A stretch of 64,000 nt of DNA from the human T2T-CHM13v2.0 reference genome, Homo sapiens, in the NCBI RefSeq assembly GCF_009914755.1, contig NC_060944.1; one strand, given 5' to 3'. Every line of letters starts with the position of its first letter. Positions within the stretch are counted from its first letter, which is position 1. Both the position numbers and the translations under genes were made by a program. The notes beneath the pieces were generated by a model. That model had not been told where the DNA came from, ran no database searches, and worked only from the letters and a program-made list of their open reading frames with translations. Below are positions 26,011 to 42,279 of the stretch, piece after piece.

Positions 26011-28040
26011 ACTTCACTTATTTGGAAATTCAATTAACTAGAGTTATGTTCTCAGTAATTTCTACAAACCCGTGGGGCTAATGTAGGGTACCATGTCCCT
26101 TATCTGACCTTTGATTCCTCCACCCTTCTCCCAGCCCCTAGCTCCCCAACTCAAGCATCCCTTTGCTCCAAGGCACAGTGTCTCCAGGAGACACCTTGGA
26201 AGGAGATTCACTCTCGCCAAGGTTCCTCATCACTAGCAGGGGCCACCCAAAAGCCCAGCCCTAACTCCCATGAAGCAGAGAGAGCCCCTCCCAGCTATTC
26301 TGCCTGCCTCCTTGTTCCCTCTCCCCTCCCCTTTTTGGCCCCAGTGTCCTCTGAACTCACTCTGTCTGCTCCTGCATCACAGCCTCTGCATACGTTGGCC
26401 CCTTTTCTTAGAATGCATTCCCACCACTCCAGTTTCTGCCTGTTGAAAAGTTTCAACGTGCAATCAACAAAAATGTCTATTGAGAGTTAGGCACTGGGAA
26501 TGGAACATTGACTCAACACCACACAGAACTTCCTTTTGGAGTTTGCACTCGGGTGGAAAAAGAAATCAGTCATCACACACATTTTTCTATACTCACAATA
26601 CGGTAAATGCAATGAAGAAGGACAGGGAGACACAAACATATAGGGTTGGGGGGTGGTGGCTGGACTGGATCTGGGGTTTCCCAGGAGGTTTCTGGGGCAG
26701 TGATATCAAGCTGAGGCTTGAAAGGTGAGTGGGTGAGAGGTGGAAGGGAGCATCCCAGGCAGAAGGAACAACATGTTAGGCCCTGAGATGGACTCTGCAT
26801 AGCTGGTGTGGCTGGAATTGAGAGAAGGCAAGCGGGCAGGGGGCAGAGTGGGCAGGGGCTGCAAATGGATCCTGAGAGATTTAGGAAGACAGGAAACATT
26901 TACATCTATCAAGCCGCCCTGCCTGGGAATTCTGAGAATGCCCTAGGCTTACCCTCAGCTCCCCTAAATGCAGCCCCCAAATCCTCCTTTAGGAGACTGT
27001 GCTGCTAATCTGTTCCAGAGACAGGCTTGGGACTCACTGCCCCCGGCACGCCAAAGGAGTCTCATACATTCTTCAAGGCCTAATTCAAGTTGCTCCTCTC
27101 TGAGAAGCTCTCTAAGCTGATTTCAGCTTAGAGAGCTTCTCCCACCTCCCAAGTCCTCCACCTCCGAAGTCCTCCTTAGCTCTTGGCTCTTTGGCATCTG
27201 AGAGCACTGGGACAGGGGTGAATATTCCTTAGTCTGCCGCTTGGGGCAGGGCAGCCCAGGCTCTTGCTCCAGGGACGGTGGACGATGCTGCCTGGTACCT
27301 GGCTGTGGGCAGGTGTGGGCCACCACCTCCAAGGACCCATCATTCCTGCCTGCTCCTCACACCTGGAGATCACAGGATATGTGGAATTGAAGCTTTTAGG
27401 GATCCATAAGGGACTTCATCCACAGACTTGCAGGGAATGATGGTGGGCTGGGGGAGGGGGTCATCCCCTTTTCTTGGTTTTTCCAAGGCTGGGGTGGTAG
27501 AAAGGAAAATGATTCCTGGCAAACCCGTGCTGCTGTCCCGTGCCTGCCTCCCAGGGCTGCTGAGAGGGTGGGAGATGCCTTCTATTGAGAACTCCCCACC
27601 CCCATCCCCAACCACTTTGCATTCTGGGGCAGGGGAGTGGGAGCCACTTGTCATTGTTCCTGTACGTTGGCTGGCAGGAGGCCCAGGGAGGGGGCTCCCC
27701 AATAGAAAATCTGCAGCTGCCTGTCTTTAAGGTAAAATTACCGTAATTACCCCAATTACTAAATCCATCAAGAGCTTTGGACCGGAGGCCTGGAGAACAA
27801 TTGGGCCCTGATGGATCTGAGGAGTATGAGTCACGGGGGTGGGGGCACAAAGCACATGGGATGAAGGCGAGTGGGGGCGGCAGCTGATGTTAAACCAGGG
27901 GTGGGGATGGGGAAATGCAAAGAGATTATGATTAGCCAAGACCCCACTTTCCTCCTTCAGTGAGATTTTTCTTCTCTATTGGAAAGAAAAAAAATACCCC
28001 AAATTCTGTCTGCCTTTTCCTTTCACAGAACCCTGCACCT

Positions 28041-28345
28041 TGGGTGGGCGTTGTGACTCACGCCAGTAATCCTGGCACTTTGGGAAGCCGAGATGGAAGG
28101 ATGGCTTGAGGCCTGGAGTTTGAGACCACCCTGGGCAACAAAGGGAGACCCCGCCTCTACAAGAAATTTAAAAATCAGCCGGCCATGGTGGTGCGTACCT
28201 GTAGTCCCAGCTACTCCGGAGGCTGAGGTGAGAGGATCACTAGAGCCCAGGAGTTCAAAGCTGCAGTGAGCTATGATCACACCACTGCACTCCAGCCTGG
28301 GTGACAGAACAGGACTCTGTCTCTAAAAAAAACACAAAAACAAAA
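28041..28345 (+). mobile_element. Alu (AluJ-like)
   Basis: Alu consensus. Confidence 0.88.
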
Positions 28346-29222
28346 GAACCCTATACTCTATGGCCACCTGACTTAGACCCGCTTTGACCTTTTATGAGAG
28401 CTAAAATGTAAAGAGTTGAGAGCAATGGCTAGCATCTCCTGGGTCCCAGCATGGACCAGGAACTATGGGAAGAGCTTTTCAGGCTTCCTCCCTTTCAATC
28501 CCATGAAGTGGGTTTCCTCCTGCTTCACAGACGTGGGTGCCCACATTTCCTCTTGGCCTGGGTTCTGAGCAGACCAGCCCCTGGGCCTGGTTGGCTTCTG
28601 TATTCCTCACCATGCTTGGTAAAGGAAGTGAAGGACAAGGTTGGCAGATTAGGTGGGCTACTGGGAAAAGCACCTTATAGGACATGTCCCCTCTTTTCAT
28701 TTCTATTAGAACTTTACTACATTCAAAGAGTAGTTAAAACATTCAGATTCTTCCTCTCAGTTGATCTGGATTTGTAGCCTAAGGAAATAATCTCTAATTG
28801 TGGAAAGGCTATATCGTGAAGCTAATTCTTTCAGCATTGTTTATGCTGGCTGCACAATTTCACTTTAAGAGAAGATCCAGGCTGCTGATGCCTCTGTACT
28901 CCATTGCCAGGAGGAGTTATGTCTGCAGGACCCCAGGCATAGAAGAAAGAGATCCCCTTGGCTGAAGTAGACTTAGACCAGAATTGGGAGGCAGATCTGG
29001 GTTTCCACAGAAGTCATTGGGACCAAAGCCCCCACAAATTATAAAATTTAAGTATGACCTGGCTTGTCCCTGGTGCCTGTATCTCCAAGGTGACTTTGCA
29101 GGGCTTGTAGGTGTTGCTCCAAGATTTAGGATGTCAGGGTCCAGGCCAAATAGCTTCCTAACTCATCATAACTAATATGGTTAACATGGAAAATTGTGAA
29201 ACAATTTAATGTCAAAACATAA

Positions 29223-29515
29223 GGGCCAGCGTGGTGGCTCATGCCTGTAATCCTAGCACTTTGGGAGGCTAGTAGGGAGAATGGCTTGAGCTCAGGAGTT
29301 TGAGACCAGCCTGGGCAACATAGTAAGACCTCGTCTCATCCAAATATCAAAAAGTTAGTCTGGCATGGTGGTGTGCACTCAGGAAGTGGAAGGAGGATCA
29401 CTTGAATCCATGAGTTTGAGGATACAGTGAACTATAATTGTGCCACTGCACTCCAGCCTGGGTGACAGAACGAAACCCTACCTCAAAAAAGAAAAGAAAA
29501 GAAACGAAACGAAAC
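29223..29515 (+). mobile_element. Alu (AluJ-like, internally deleted)
   Basis: Alu consensus. Confidence 0.85.
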
Positions 29516-29954
29516 ATAGGGAGACTGGCTGAATAGATGAAGTTTTGTGCAGGCTTTTAAAATAATGAGTAAAAAGATTCCTTTGAAATCTGGGAAATTA
29601 CAATAGAATGTTTATTGTCATGCTGGTTTTTTGTTTTTTGTTTTTTGTTTTTTGAGACAGGGTCTTGCTCTGTTGCCCAGGCTGGAGTACAGTGGAGCCT
29701 AGAGAAGGGCAGGAGAGCCCTTGACCATCACCCAGGCTGGCGCCAATCCTCAGGGGCTGAGCCACTCCCTCTAGAAGGCCTGGGCTCAGGAAATGCCCCT
29801 GAGTCAGAAACACTGTGGGACAATATTCCCTGACATTTTCCCAAAAAAGGGCCCTAAGGGAAGAGGAAAGTGCAGGTGAGCTTGGAGCAAACATGAACTC
29901 TACCCATTGGCTCATTCAATTATTCATTCATCCATTCAAAACACTATTCTTGCT

Positions 29955-30236
29955 ATAATCCTAAACAAATTAACCCAGGAACGGAAGACCAAATACCTCA
30001 TGTTCTCACTTATAAGTGGGAGCTAAGCGTTGAGCACACATGGGCATAAATATGGGAACAGTAGACACTGTGGCCTACTATGGGGGAGGGGGAGGGTGGG
30101 TTAAAAACTACCTATTGGGTACTATGCTCACTACCAGGGTGACAGGATCCATACTCCAAACCTCAGCATCACATAATACTCCCGTATAACAAACCTGCAC
30201 ATGTACTCCCTGAATGTATCTGAAATAAAAGTTGAA
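29955..30236 (+). mobile_element. L1 3' end fragment (L1PB/L1MA-like)
   Basis: atgttctcacttataagtgggagct...acaaacctgcacatgtac. Confidence 0.8.
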
Positions 30237-30553
30237 GGCTGGATGCCGTGGCTCATGCCTGTAATCTCAGCACTTTGGGAGGCCAAGGTGAGAGGATTGC
30301 TTGAACCCAGGAGTTTGAGACCAGCCTGGGCAACAGGACAAGACCCTGTCTCTACTAAAAATAAAAAATAAAAATAAATTAGCCAGGCGTGGCAGCATGT
30401 GCCAGTAGTCCCAGCTGCTTAGGAAGCTGATGTGGGAGGATCACTTGAGCCCAGGAGGTTGAGGCTGCAGTGAGCTATGATCGCGCTACTGCACTCCAGC
30501 CTGAGCTATAGAGCAAGACCTTGTCTCAAAAATTAATTAATTAATTAATTAAA
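30237..30553 (+). mobile_element. Alu (AluJ-like) with (TTAA)n tail
   Basis: Alu consensus. Confidence 0.88.
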
Positions 30554-30876
30554 ATATGAGTTGACATTTCATTTAAAATCAAATGTTCTCATGGTGTCCT
30601 CTGTCTACAGCCCTGTGATGGGACCTGGGGATACTGCCATGAATGAGACAGAACTAGCTGCCATTCCAAGCTTCCAAGGCAGCCACACAAGTTGCTCTTT
30701 TGTGAAATTTTATGATTTCCTCTCAAATATTCACATGAATTTTACATTTTATTTTGTAATGTAGCCATGCTTGTTTTTGTAATTTTAAAATGATGTTTTC
30801 ACAACAATATGCATGGACTTAATGCCACTACTGGATTGCACAGTCAAAAGGGCTAAAACAGCAAATGTTATGATAT

Positions 30877-31684
<808 letters not shown>

Positions 31685-32529
31685 TGATATGAAGATGAAC
31701 AAAACTGGACAGAACCCCTGCCTTCATGCCCTTCCTGCCCACAGGGGAGGCAGGCATTGATCATGGCATCTCTGTCCTGTGGTACTAAAGGTCCAGCAGC
31801 CCATGCTGGGAGGCAGCATTTCAATCAGCAGTGGGGATTCTGCTTGGTGGGCTGGCCCAGATCCCAGTGTCCCATCACTTTTCTGAGCTCGGTTTTCTCA
31901 TCTGTGAAATGGGAGTGATCACTCTCCCCATCCAACCTTTTGGTGTGGCAGGATGAGGTTCTCTGTTCCTCTCACCCTCTTCTTTCCTCCCTCCTCTGTG
32001 AGATCAGCAAAGGCAAATTCTCATCCCCATTTTGCAGATGAGTAGACTGAGGATCAGGGAGGCAGGGCAGAGTCTTCACCAGAATCTTTCCCAGGATGGT
32101 CCCTGTCCCTCACTAAGTCACTGGATCTGCTCTCCCCAGCCTGGGGGCACTGCCACCCCTCCAGCTGGGCTCCTACCGAGTGCCAGTCAATGTATCCTCG
32201 TGTCTGAGGGCAAAGACTAGAGGCCTGGCAGGACTCTCCCAGGGTATCTCCTTTTTACCTGTGTCCTCCCACCAGGCAGGGTTCCCTGGGCTCCAGCAGG
32301 TGCAGGCAGGAACCCCCCAGGGCACTTTACTTCCCCAGCCTTCAAAAGAGTTCTCTGCCTATGTTGTTTTCTGTCCAGTTGGAGCACAGGTCCCACAGTC
32401 ACACAGACCAGGTCTTAGTTCTTTGCTGATCTGTGGGACCTTAGCTGGGGTTCTCTAAGTCTCATTGTCCTCACCTATAAAACCACTCCCTCTGGTTGAT
32501 AAGGAAACTGTGCTCACCTGGTGGGACAC

Positions 32530-32907
32530 TGCTGCATTCACCAACTCAGGCTGCCATAACAAAACACCATAGCCTGAGTGGCTTATGCAACAGAAATGCA
32601 TTTCCTTCCAGTTGTGGAGGCTGGAAGTCCAAGGTCAAAGTGCCGGTAGGGCTGGTTTCTCCTGAGATCTCTTACCTGGGCTTGCAGATGTGTCTTCACA
32701 TGGCTTTTTCTCTGTGTGCCTGCATTCCTGGCATCCTCCTCCTCTTATAAGGACACCCGTCCTATGAACCAGGGCCCAGCCCTTATGATGTTCCTTTTAC
32801 CTAATTACCTCCTTAAAGGTCCTATCTCCAAATGCACTCACCTTGGGGGTTAGGGCTTCAACCTACAAATTCTGAGGGATTGAGGAAGACACAATTCAGT
32901 CCATAAC
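32530..32907 (-). mobile_element. MLT1A/B-like MaLR solo LTR
   Basis: ggctgccataacaaaacacca...ggaggctggaagtccaagg...gacacaattcagtccataac. Confidence 0.75.
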
Positions 32908-32914
32908 TACTCAG

Positions 32915-33270
32915 CAATTAAAAGGAACAAGCCACTGATGAGCAAGAGAAGCCAGACACAAAACGTAGACATGTATGATTCCATTTATATGAAATGCTGG
33001 AAAAGTCAGAACGAATCTACAGTGACAGAAAGCACAGCTGTGGTTGCCTGGGGCTGCAGGAGGGGAGAATTCTTGGGACAATCCGTGGGAGAACTGACTC
33101 CAAAGGGTTCCAAGGGGGCTTTCTGGGGTTGATGAAAATGTTGCCTCTTGATTGTGGTGATGGTTGCATGGAAATATACATTTGTCAAAACTCATTGAAC
33201 TGGATGCTGAAAATGAGTGTGTAAATTGTATGCATGTAAACTATACCTTGCTAAAATAAAATTTAAAACC
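32915..33270 (+). mobile_element. Old L1M 3' fragment
   Basis: tgtatgattccatttatatgaaat...cttgattgtggtgatggttgcatg. Confidence 0.65.
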
Positions 33271-33760
33271 CTACCTCAAAGGGTTAAAAAAATAAGACTC
33301 AAGTTAGGTGGTTGTTAGGAGTAAATGAGTTAATGCCTGCAAAGTGCTTAGCTTGGAGCCTGGCATGGTGTAAGTGTGCAAGTAAATGGTAACCATGGTA
33401 ACCTGAAAACAAGACTTTTGCCCAGTAAGTGGGGCAAGAAAGAGAAATAAACACAGAAGGCAAGGGGTGGGGAGTGATGCTTCTCCCATGCCCAGAGCAG
33501 ACAGGCAGGGGCTGTGATCTCAGCCTCCTGGAGTCATCGGGTCACTCTCCCGGCCCAGGCGAGGATTCCTATAATGCCTGTCAGCATCTTTTGGGCCCTG
33601 GGGGCAGCCAACTGCAACTTAGCCCCTGTTCAGCCCTGATCCTGTTTTTTTTTTTTTTTTCATTCATTCACTGAACATGCACATTGGACCACCTAGCACA
33701 ACAAAAGACAATAATAGCTGCTTCTGTTTACTGAATGATCTTATGTGCTCAGTGCTTGAC

Positions 33761-33844
33761 ATTTTGGGCTGAACCAAATGAAAGAGCCAAGATTCCACCA
33801 GTTTTTACCCACAAAATGCCAGTTTACTGTGGTTCAACCTGATA
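33761..33844. mobile_element. MADE2-like mariner MITE
   Basis: About 80 bp with imperfect terminal inverted repeats ggctgaacca / tggttcaacc. Confidence 0.6.
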
Positions 33845-35147
33845 CATGATCTCTTTCATTGTTATGACAAATCTGAGAGTAGATATGATTATTTCCATTT
33901 TGTGGCTGAGAAGATGGAAATTCACAGAGGTGAAGTGCCTGGCCCAAGGTCACACAGCTGTGAGTAGCTGGATTTGAACACAGGTCTGACTCTGAATCCC
34001 GTATGTTACATGTTCCTTGCCCTTAAGGAGTACCGGTCTAGTGTAGGGATGAACACATTAAATACGGCCCCCGGGGTCTCGCCCACTCACCCCCTGAATC
34101 CCCCCAACAGGCTGCCCTCAGCTTTTCAGACACTGGACATGAGTGTTCTTGGTCTTCCAATGATGCCAAAGTCCTGCCGCCCTGCAAACAGCTCCTCTGC
34201 CCACCAGGACATCTTGCCTTCTCCGGACCTGCTTCTCCCCGGACCTCGGGGGTTGTGTGGTCAGTGCTGGCTGGTCCCTGGTGAAGCTGTACTTATGTGT
34301 CTCTGTTGCCCCAGGAGTTGCCCTCATTCTGCCCATCTTGTCCTCACTCCAAGCCCGCCCCTTCTTAAAGACTCCCTCTGAGTTCAGGTTCGTCTTTAAT
34401 TCACAGCTCATTAGTAGATCAAAGAGGACAGAGACACCCTGAGTCTAAGGGACCCTCAGGCAGCCCCATCCTCACACTGTAACAAGGTGCCCCCTTGGCA
34501 GGAGACAAGGGGATCTCCCTGGCTGCTCTTTGTGAAGCAAGGAGAGGGGGCTGGGACCTGGCTCCAGGCTCCCCCATTTATAACAGGGCCAGAGGTTCAG
34601 CTGGCAGGGCTGAGGCAGAGGCATTGGAAAGCCGTCAGCCCCTCCTCCAGAGCCTGAGCAGGACAAGGACAGTTAATTCCTCTGGTGTTATCAGCTGGGC
34701 ACAGGCTCTGGTTGCATAGCAACCCGGATTGCTCTCTGCCTCTAGTGTTCCAAAAAAAAAAAAAAAGCATTTTCTCCAACTCCATGAAATGGAATTGGGC
34801 CCAGGGCAGCCCAGGCTCCCTGCCCCCAAGTGTGGCTCATTTGTAGGAAGCTCCAACCCATGCCCTGCTGTGGGATCCCCACTCTTAAGGCCTTCATCCC
34901 CGTCTTGCCTCACCCATGCCAGGCTGGGGGTAGGAATTCACCCACCACCCTACTGCTGCAATGTGAAGCTGGGTCAGAAGTGAAGTCTCAGTTTGTCCAA
35001 GGGGATGCTGGACAGGCCTGGGATCTGGGTGAAAAGGCATGAACTGGGGGAGCCCAGCCAGTTCTGGCAATGCAGTTTACTTATTCATTCATTAAGAAAT
35101 ATTTATTGGGCACCTACTGGGTCCCATACCCGTAAACTCCCCAGATT

Positions 35148-35915
<768 letters not shown>

Positions 35916-36640
35916 AGGAGAGCTTAGTTTTCCATTCATAGATTCTCAAATACCAACACATGTGGTTTAAGTACCTGATGTATGCTAGACCCTGTGCCCA
36001 GTTCCAAAGCAAAATGCCACTCACGCTGGGGAACTGGAGGCATCAGGAGACGGCACAGAGGCAGAGAGCAGAACCAAGAGCCCAGAGATAAGAGCAGACA
36101 ATTAAATAGAAACCACCTATAATTAAAGGGGTCACAAAATAAGGTGGGGAAGGCAATTTTCATTGCTACTCAGACCACACAGTGTTGAATTCAGGTATCA
36201 ACTCTGCATATTTGGAAATAGGTGCCTGGGCCACATGGGAGGGATTCTGAGGTGAAGTCTGAGCTCCGGGGTGATGGATTCATGGTGTCTACAGTAGTTG
36301 GGGAGAGGAGAATGCAGGTACCTGTCTCATGCCTGTGCTTCTTGAGCCCATGCTGTCCGCTGGCCTCTGTGACTAACTCTTCTGCACCTACTTAGACAAG
36401 GAGAGAGGCGGGAAAACAGGTTGTTCAGGCAGGCTTTGTGGGGGCTAGAGCAGAGAGGACCCCAGGCATGCATTCATACTTTTCAAACTGGAGTTATAGA
36501 CCTCCTTATAAACCAGCAGGGCAGCTTCAGAGGGTTAGTTTTTAGTTTAGTTTAGTTTTGTTTTAAAATGTCTTCTAGTCAATTTAGTTCAAAATTCCAT
36601 CATCTTGTTCTGTATTCCTGGGTCAGACTTTCACCTGGCT

Positions 36641-37051
<411 letters not shown>

Positions 37052-37505
37052 TAGCGCCTAACCCTTGGAGACACACAGCTGATAAAAGGAAAGTCTTCGT
37101 TCTCAAGAAACGTCTAGGTTTGGGGTGGGGAGTCGGGGGTAAGTAGGAGGCAGTTGTGTGCTGAAAACGTTTCTGTGTTCCAGGGAAAAAAGGCTTGATT
37201 TTTAGCATTTGCTGATTTTTGTGATATAGATACTTTCACTATGGCCGATTTCAAGCCACCAATGTGATGTAACTGAAAGCTGGGTTGGGATGAGAGGCAC
37301 AATGGCACACCACATACTAGAGGCAGGCACATCCACAGCTCATGACAACGCTGGGTGAGAAGGGCTGCAGTTACTTTGCACTGGACCAGCATCAGACCAG
37401 CAGCCTTGGCACCACATGGGTGCTGGTGAGAGAGGCAGAAGCTAAGGTTCACCCCAAATCAACTGTATCAGCATTTGTGCTTTAACCAGATCTCCAGGCG
37501 ATTCA

Positions 37506-38040
<535 letters not shown>

Positions 38041-38355
38041 AGATGGAAATAACCATACCTAGAAGGGTCAGAGAAACCTTCCCAGGAAGAGTGGCATAAG
38101 AATTGGGTTTCAAAGGATGAGTAGGAGTTTTCCATACAGATAAGAGGTAAGAATGGGGAAAGGAATTGTTGAGAGGGATGAGTATGGACAAAGGTATAGA
38201 GTGGGGAAAAAGTGGTGTGGAGAGGGCATGGGGTGTAGTGGGAGGAGACGAGGCTAGAGAAGTGGGTTCCCAAAGTGTCACCTGACCAGCAGCATCTGTG
38301 TGCTGGAAACTCTTGTGAAATGCAAATTATGAGGCTCCCCTCCTAAATCTACTGA

Positions 38356-38640
<285 letters not shown>

Positions 38641-39976
38641 TGATTTCTGAGAGACAGACAACGGCATGTGTGTGACTGACAAGTGGGCTCTGCTGAGCAC
38701 CGATGGGTTTGCTGATGGGACAGTTATGGAGAAGAAATCTCCTGAAAGCATCCTCCACCTTGAACTCAAACTCACTAGTGACCTTGGCTGAGATGTCACT
38801 TCCTCTGTAAAGCCTTCTCCCTGCCAGCCACTCTCCATCGCTGTGACCCCACTGCCTCCTCAGCCCTCCCCATTACCTCTCAAGCTGTTCTCTAATGGCT
38901 TAGCTGTCCTTCCAGCACAAGGCCAGGACCTTGTACATCTTGGTATGACATCCCCAGCACACTGCCTGACGTTACCCCCATTCCAGCAGCTCACTCTTGA
39001 TTGAGTACTTACTGAGTGTGAGCATCATGCCACGGGCTTTACCGGAGCTGTGTCATTTAAACCTGAGAACTGCCCTATGAAATGGGTACTATTGTTGTCA
39101 ACCCCATTTTACAGATGAGGAGACTGAGGCACAGGAAATAAAATACACTGCTCAAAGCCACATGGCTGGTAAGCCACAGGCAGCCTGCCTCCAATAGACA
39201 AACACATTTTGTTGTTGTTATTGTTTTTGTGCTTGTTGCAGGAAGGGAGGGAAAGGGGGAGGGAAAAGTGGGATTTCCTGAGCATCTTTATCACCCATGA
39301 GGTCCACAGTGCCCTCCCAGACTGCTGGCTATTCTCCCTTCACTCTGAGGGACACTGCGGAAGGACCTGGAAGAGCTGAGCCTTGTCCAGGAGCAGTGGC
39401 TGCTTTATTTAGGGCCTAATGAGCCAGTGTCTCTGCTGTGACTCAGCCACGGCCCAGGGGTCTCCAGGGAGAGGGGACTGTCTGCAGGCCCTGGCTAGCA
39501 ACTCTCTGCTAACAGCACCTTTCAGCTCCCGCTCTCTCAGCTGCTGTAGCCATTAGTGCTGAAATTAGCATCGTAATTGCCTTTTAACTATTCTTAGCTG
39601 TGAAAGAGACCAGGCTGCCCCGCCTCTCCCTCCCTGCCTAGAGAGCAGTGTTGGCTTCCCTTCCTGGATCTAAGGACCACCCCCTGTCCACACTCCCGAG
39701 CCTCAGTTTCTTCATCCTCCAAGTGAGGGTGATAATCCAAGCTTCAAAGGCTTATTGTGATGCATATAAAATGCTTGTCATAGTTCCTAGCACACTGTGA
39801 GCAATGATGCCAGTTGTTGTGTTTGGAGACCCAGGAGTGCAAGGATATGTATGCAAGTCCATGTCATAACCAGCGTTAGTGCTCAGGTCCTTTTGACTCT
39901 GAGCTTAGGGCTCTTCCTGTCCCACCGTGTCAATCCTTAAAATGTGCCTTTCCCTGCCAACAATGGCTTGTTTGTA

Positions 39977-40272
39977 GGCTGGGCAGTCACTCTTGTAATC
40001 CCAGCATTTTGGGAGGCCAAAGGGGAAGAATCACTTGAGGCCAGGAGTTGGAGGCCAGCCTGGGCAATGTATCGAGATCCCACCTCTACAAAAAATTTTA
40101 AAAATTACATGGGTGTAGTGGAGTGCTCCTATAGTCCCAGCTACTCAGGAGGCTAAGGTGGGAGGATCACTTGAGCCTGGGAGGTTGCAGTGAGCCAAGG
40201 TCACACCTCTGTACTCTAGGCTGGACAGCAGAGTGAGATCCTGTCTCAAAACAAAACAAAACAAAACAAAAC
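39977..40272 (+). mobile_element. Alu (AluJ-like) with (CAAAA)n tail
   Basis: Alu consensus. Confidence 0.85.
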
Positions 40273-41177
40273 ACAATCATATGAGATGACAGTAAACAAG
40301 ATCTTGCCTGAAAACATTCAGCTTTGTCATCATAATTAGAAGATTTTTACTACAAAAAAATCAGGCCTCGGTGAAGAGAGGGGACTCACCCCAAAGGAGT
40401 TGCAACCACTGGGTCATCTAGTTTGCCCTCTTAAAAGTGTGAACACTAACTTTTGATATGCAGCAAAAGGTTGAAGGGACGGATGATGAAGCCCAGCTGC
40501 CTGGTTCCAGTCCAGTTCTGCCACTCCCCCCAGGGTGACCTTAGGCCAGTTACTTAACCTCTCTGTGCTTCGGCTTCCTATTCTGCAAAATGAGGATAAT
40601 AATGCCTTTCCGGCAAGTGTGTTCTGAGGTATGAATCAGTCAATGTAGTGAAGCACCTGGCACAGCAGTAAGACACAGTGAGAACCAGGTAAGTGTTTGC
40701 TCTTATTACTCATTAGGCATCTTTACTTACTTGCTTGTGTGGCTTCTAAACTGCAGTTTGGGGAGGGGGTTCTGCAATCATCAGCAGCAAATTGTTTTTA
40801 GGCCAGTCACCATCACATGGACGATGTTTTCTTACCCTTGGTTTAGACTTGAATCCCAATCAGGCCAGGAGGGGAGATCCCCAGGCTGACCCCGTTTAAG
40901 GTGCAAAAACTGAGGCTTGAGAAAGTTAAGTAACTTTCCCAAGATACACACATTATAAAAAGAGGAGCCTGGCCTTGAATTCGGTCAAGTCTCCAGTGCT
41001 GGGCACCAAGTAGCAGGCCCCTCAGCTGGCCCTGCATCTTCTTGGGCCTCCCCATAACCCCTGTCAGCAATCCCCGTTTAATGCGAACACCATATCCTTC
41101 CCTCCTGGCGGAGGCATATCTGGCAGTGCTTAAAAGCACAAATAAGCTGAGATTGATATGAGGATGAATTGAATTAA

Positions 41178-41560
<383 letters not shown>

Positions 41561-42279
41561 TAGCTCGGAAAATCAACCCTAATGACCTCACCGGATACAC
41601 CACTTCCAGGCTTGGATTTTAGGTTCCCTACACAATTTAGGGCTGTGTCCTGGCTTTAAATATGTAAATGCTGCTGTGAGAAACACATCCTCGGGAGGGA
41701 GAAGGGGTGGGCTCAGAACCTAAGACTTTCCAGGAACTCAGATGGGGACTTGGGAAAGCTGTAAAGAAGAGGTCCCTGATCTTATGAAGTTTATGGAAAA
41801 CTACCTAATTACAAAATTACTTCACGCCTTGAAAAAGAACGGAATGAACAGGACGCTATCATACAGAATAACGGAGGGGTGGGGCTCCACTTCTGATCAG
41901 AGGGTCAGGGAGGACCTCTTGGAGGCGGTGATAGTTAAGCTGACACCTGAAGAAGCCAGTCATGCAAAGAGTGGGTCAACAGCTTTCCAAGGCAGAGGGA
42001 ATCAGGAAAGCGATGGGCTTGTCTGAGGAACAGAAAGGACAACGAACGTGTGAGTCACACTAAGGGGCGCCGTGGTGCGGCATGAGGCTGGAGCCTGATC
42101 ACTCGGGGTCTTACTGGCCACGGTGAGGAGTCAGGGTTTCATGCGCCCCTGCAGTCAGAAAGCATGGCCCAACCCCAGTGCCCTAAGTCCGGAAACATTC
42201 AAAGCTGGACCCAGGGTAGCGGGATCCGGGGCCTCTGGGGACCCGAGAGGGACGTTAAGTTCAGGGCTTCAGGGTGCAG

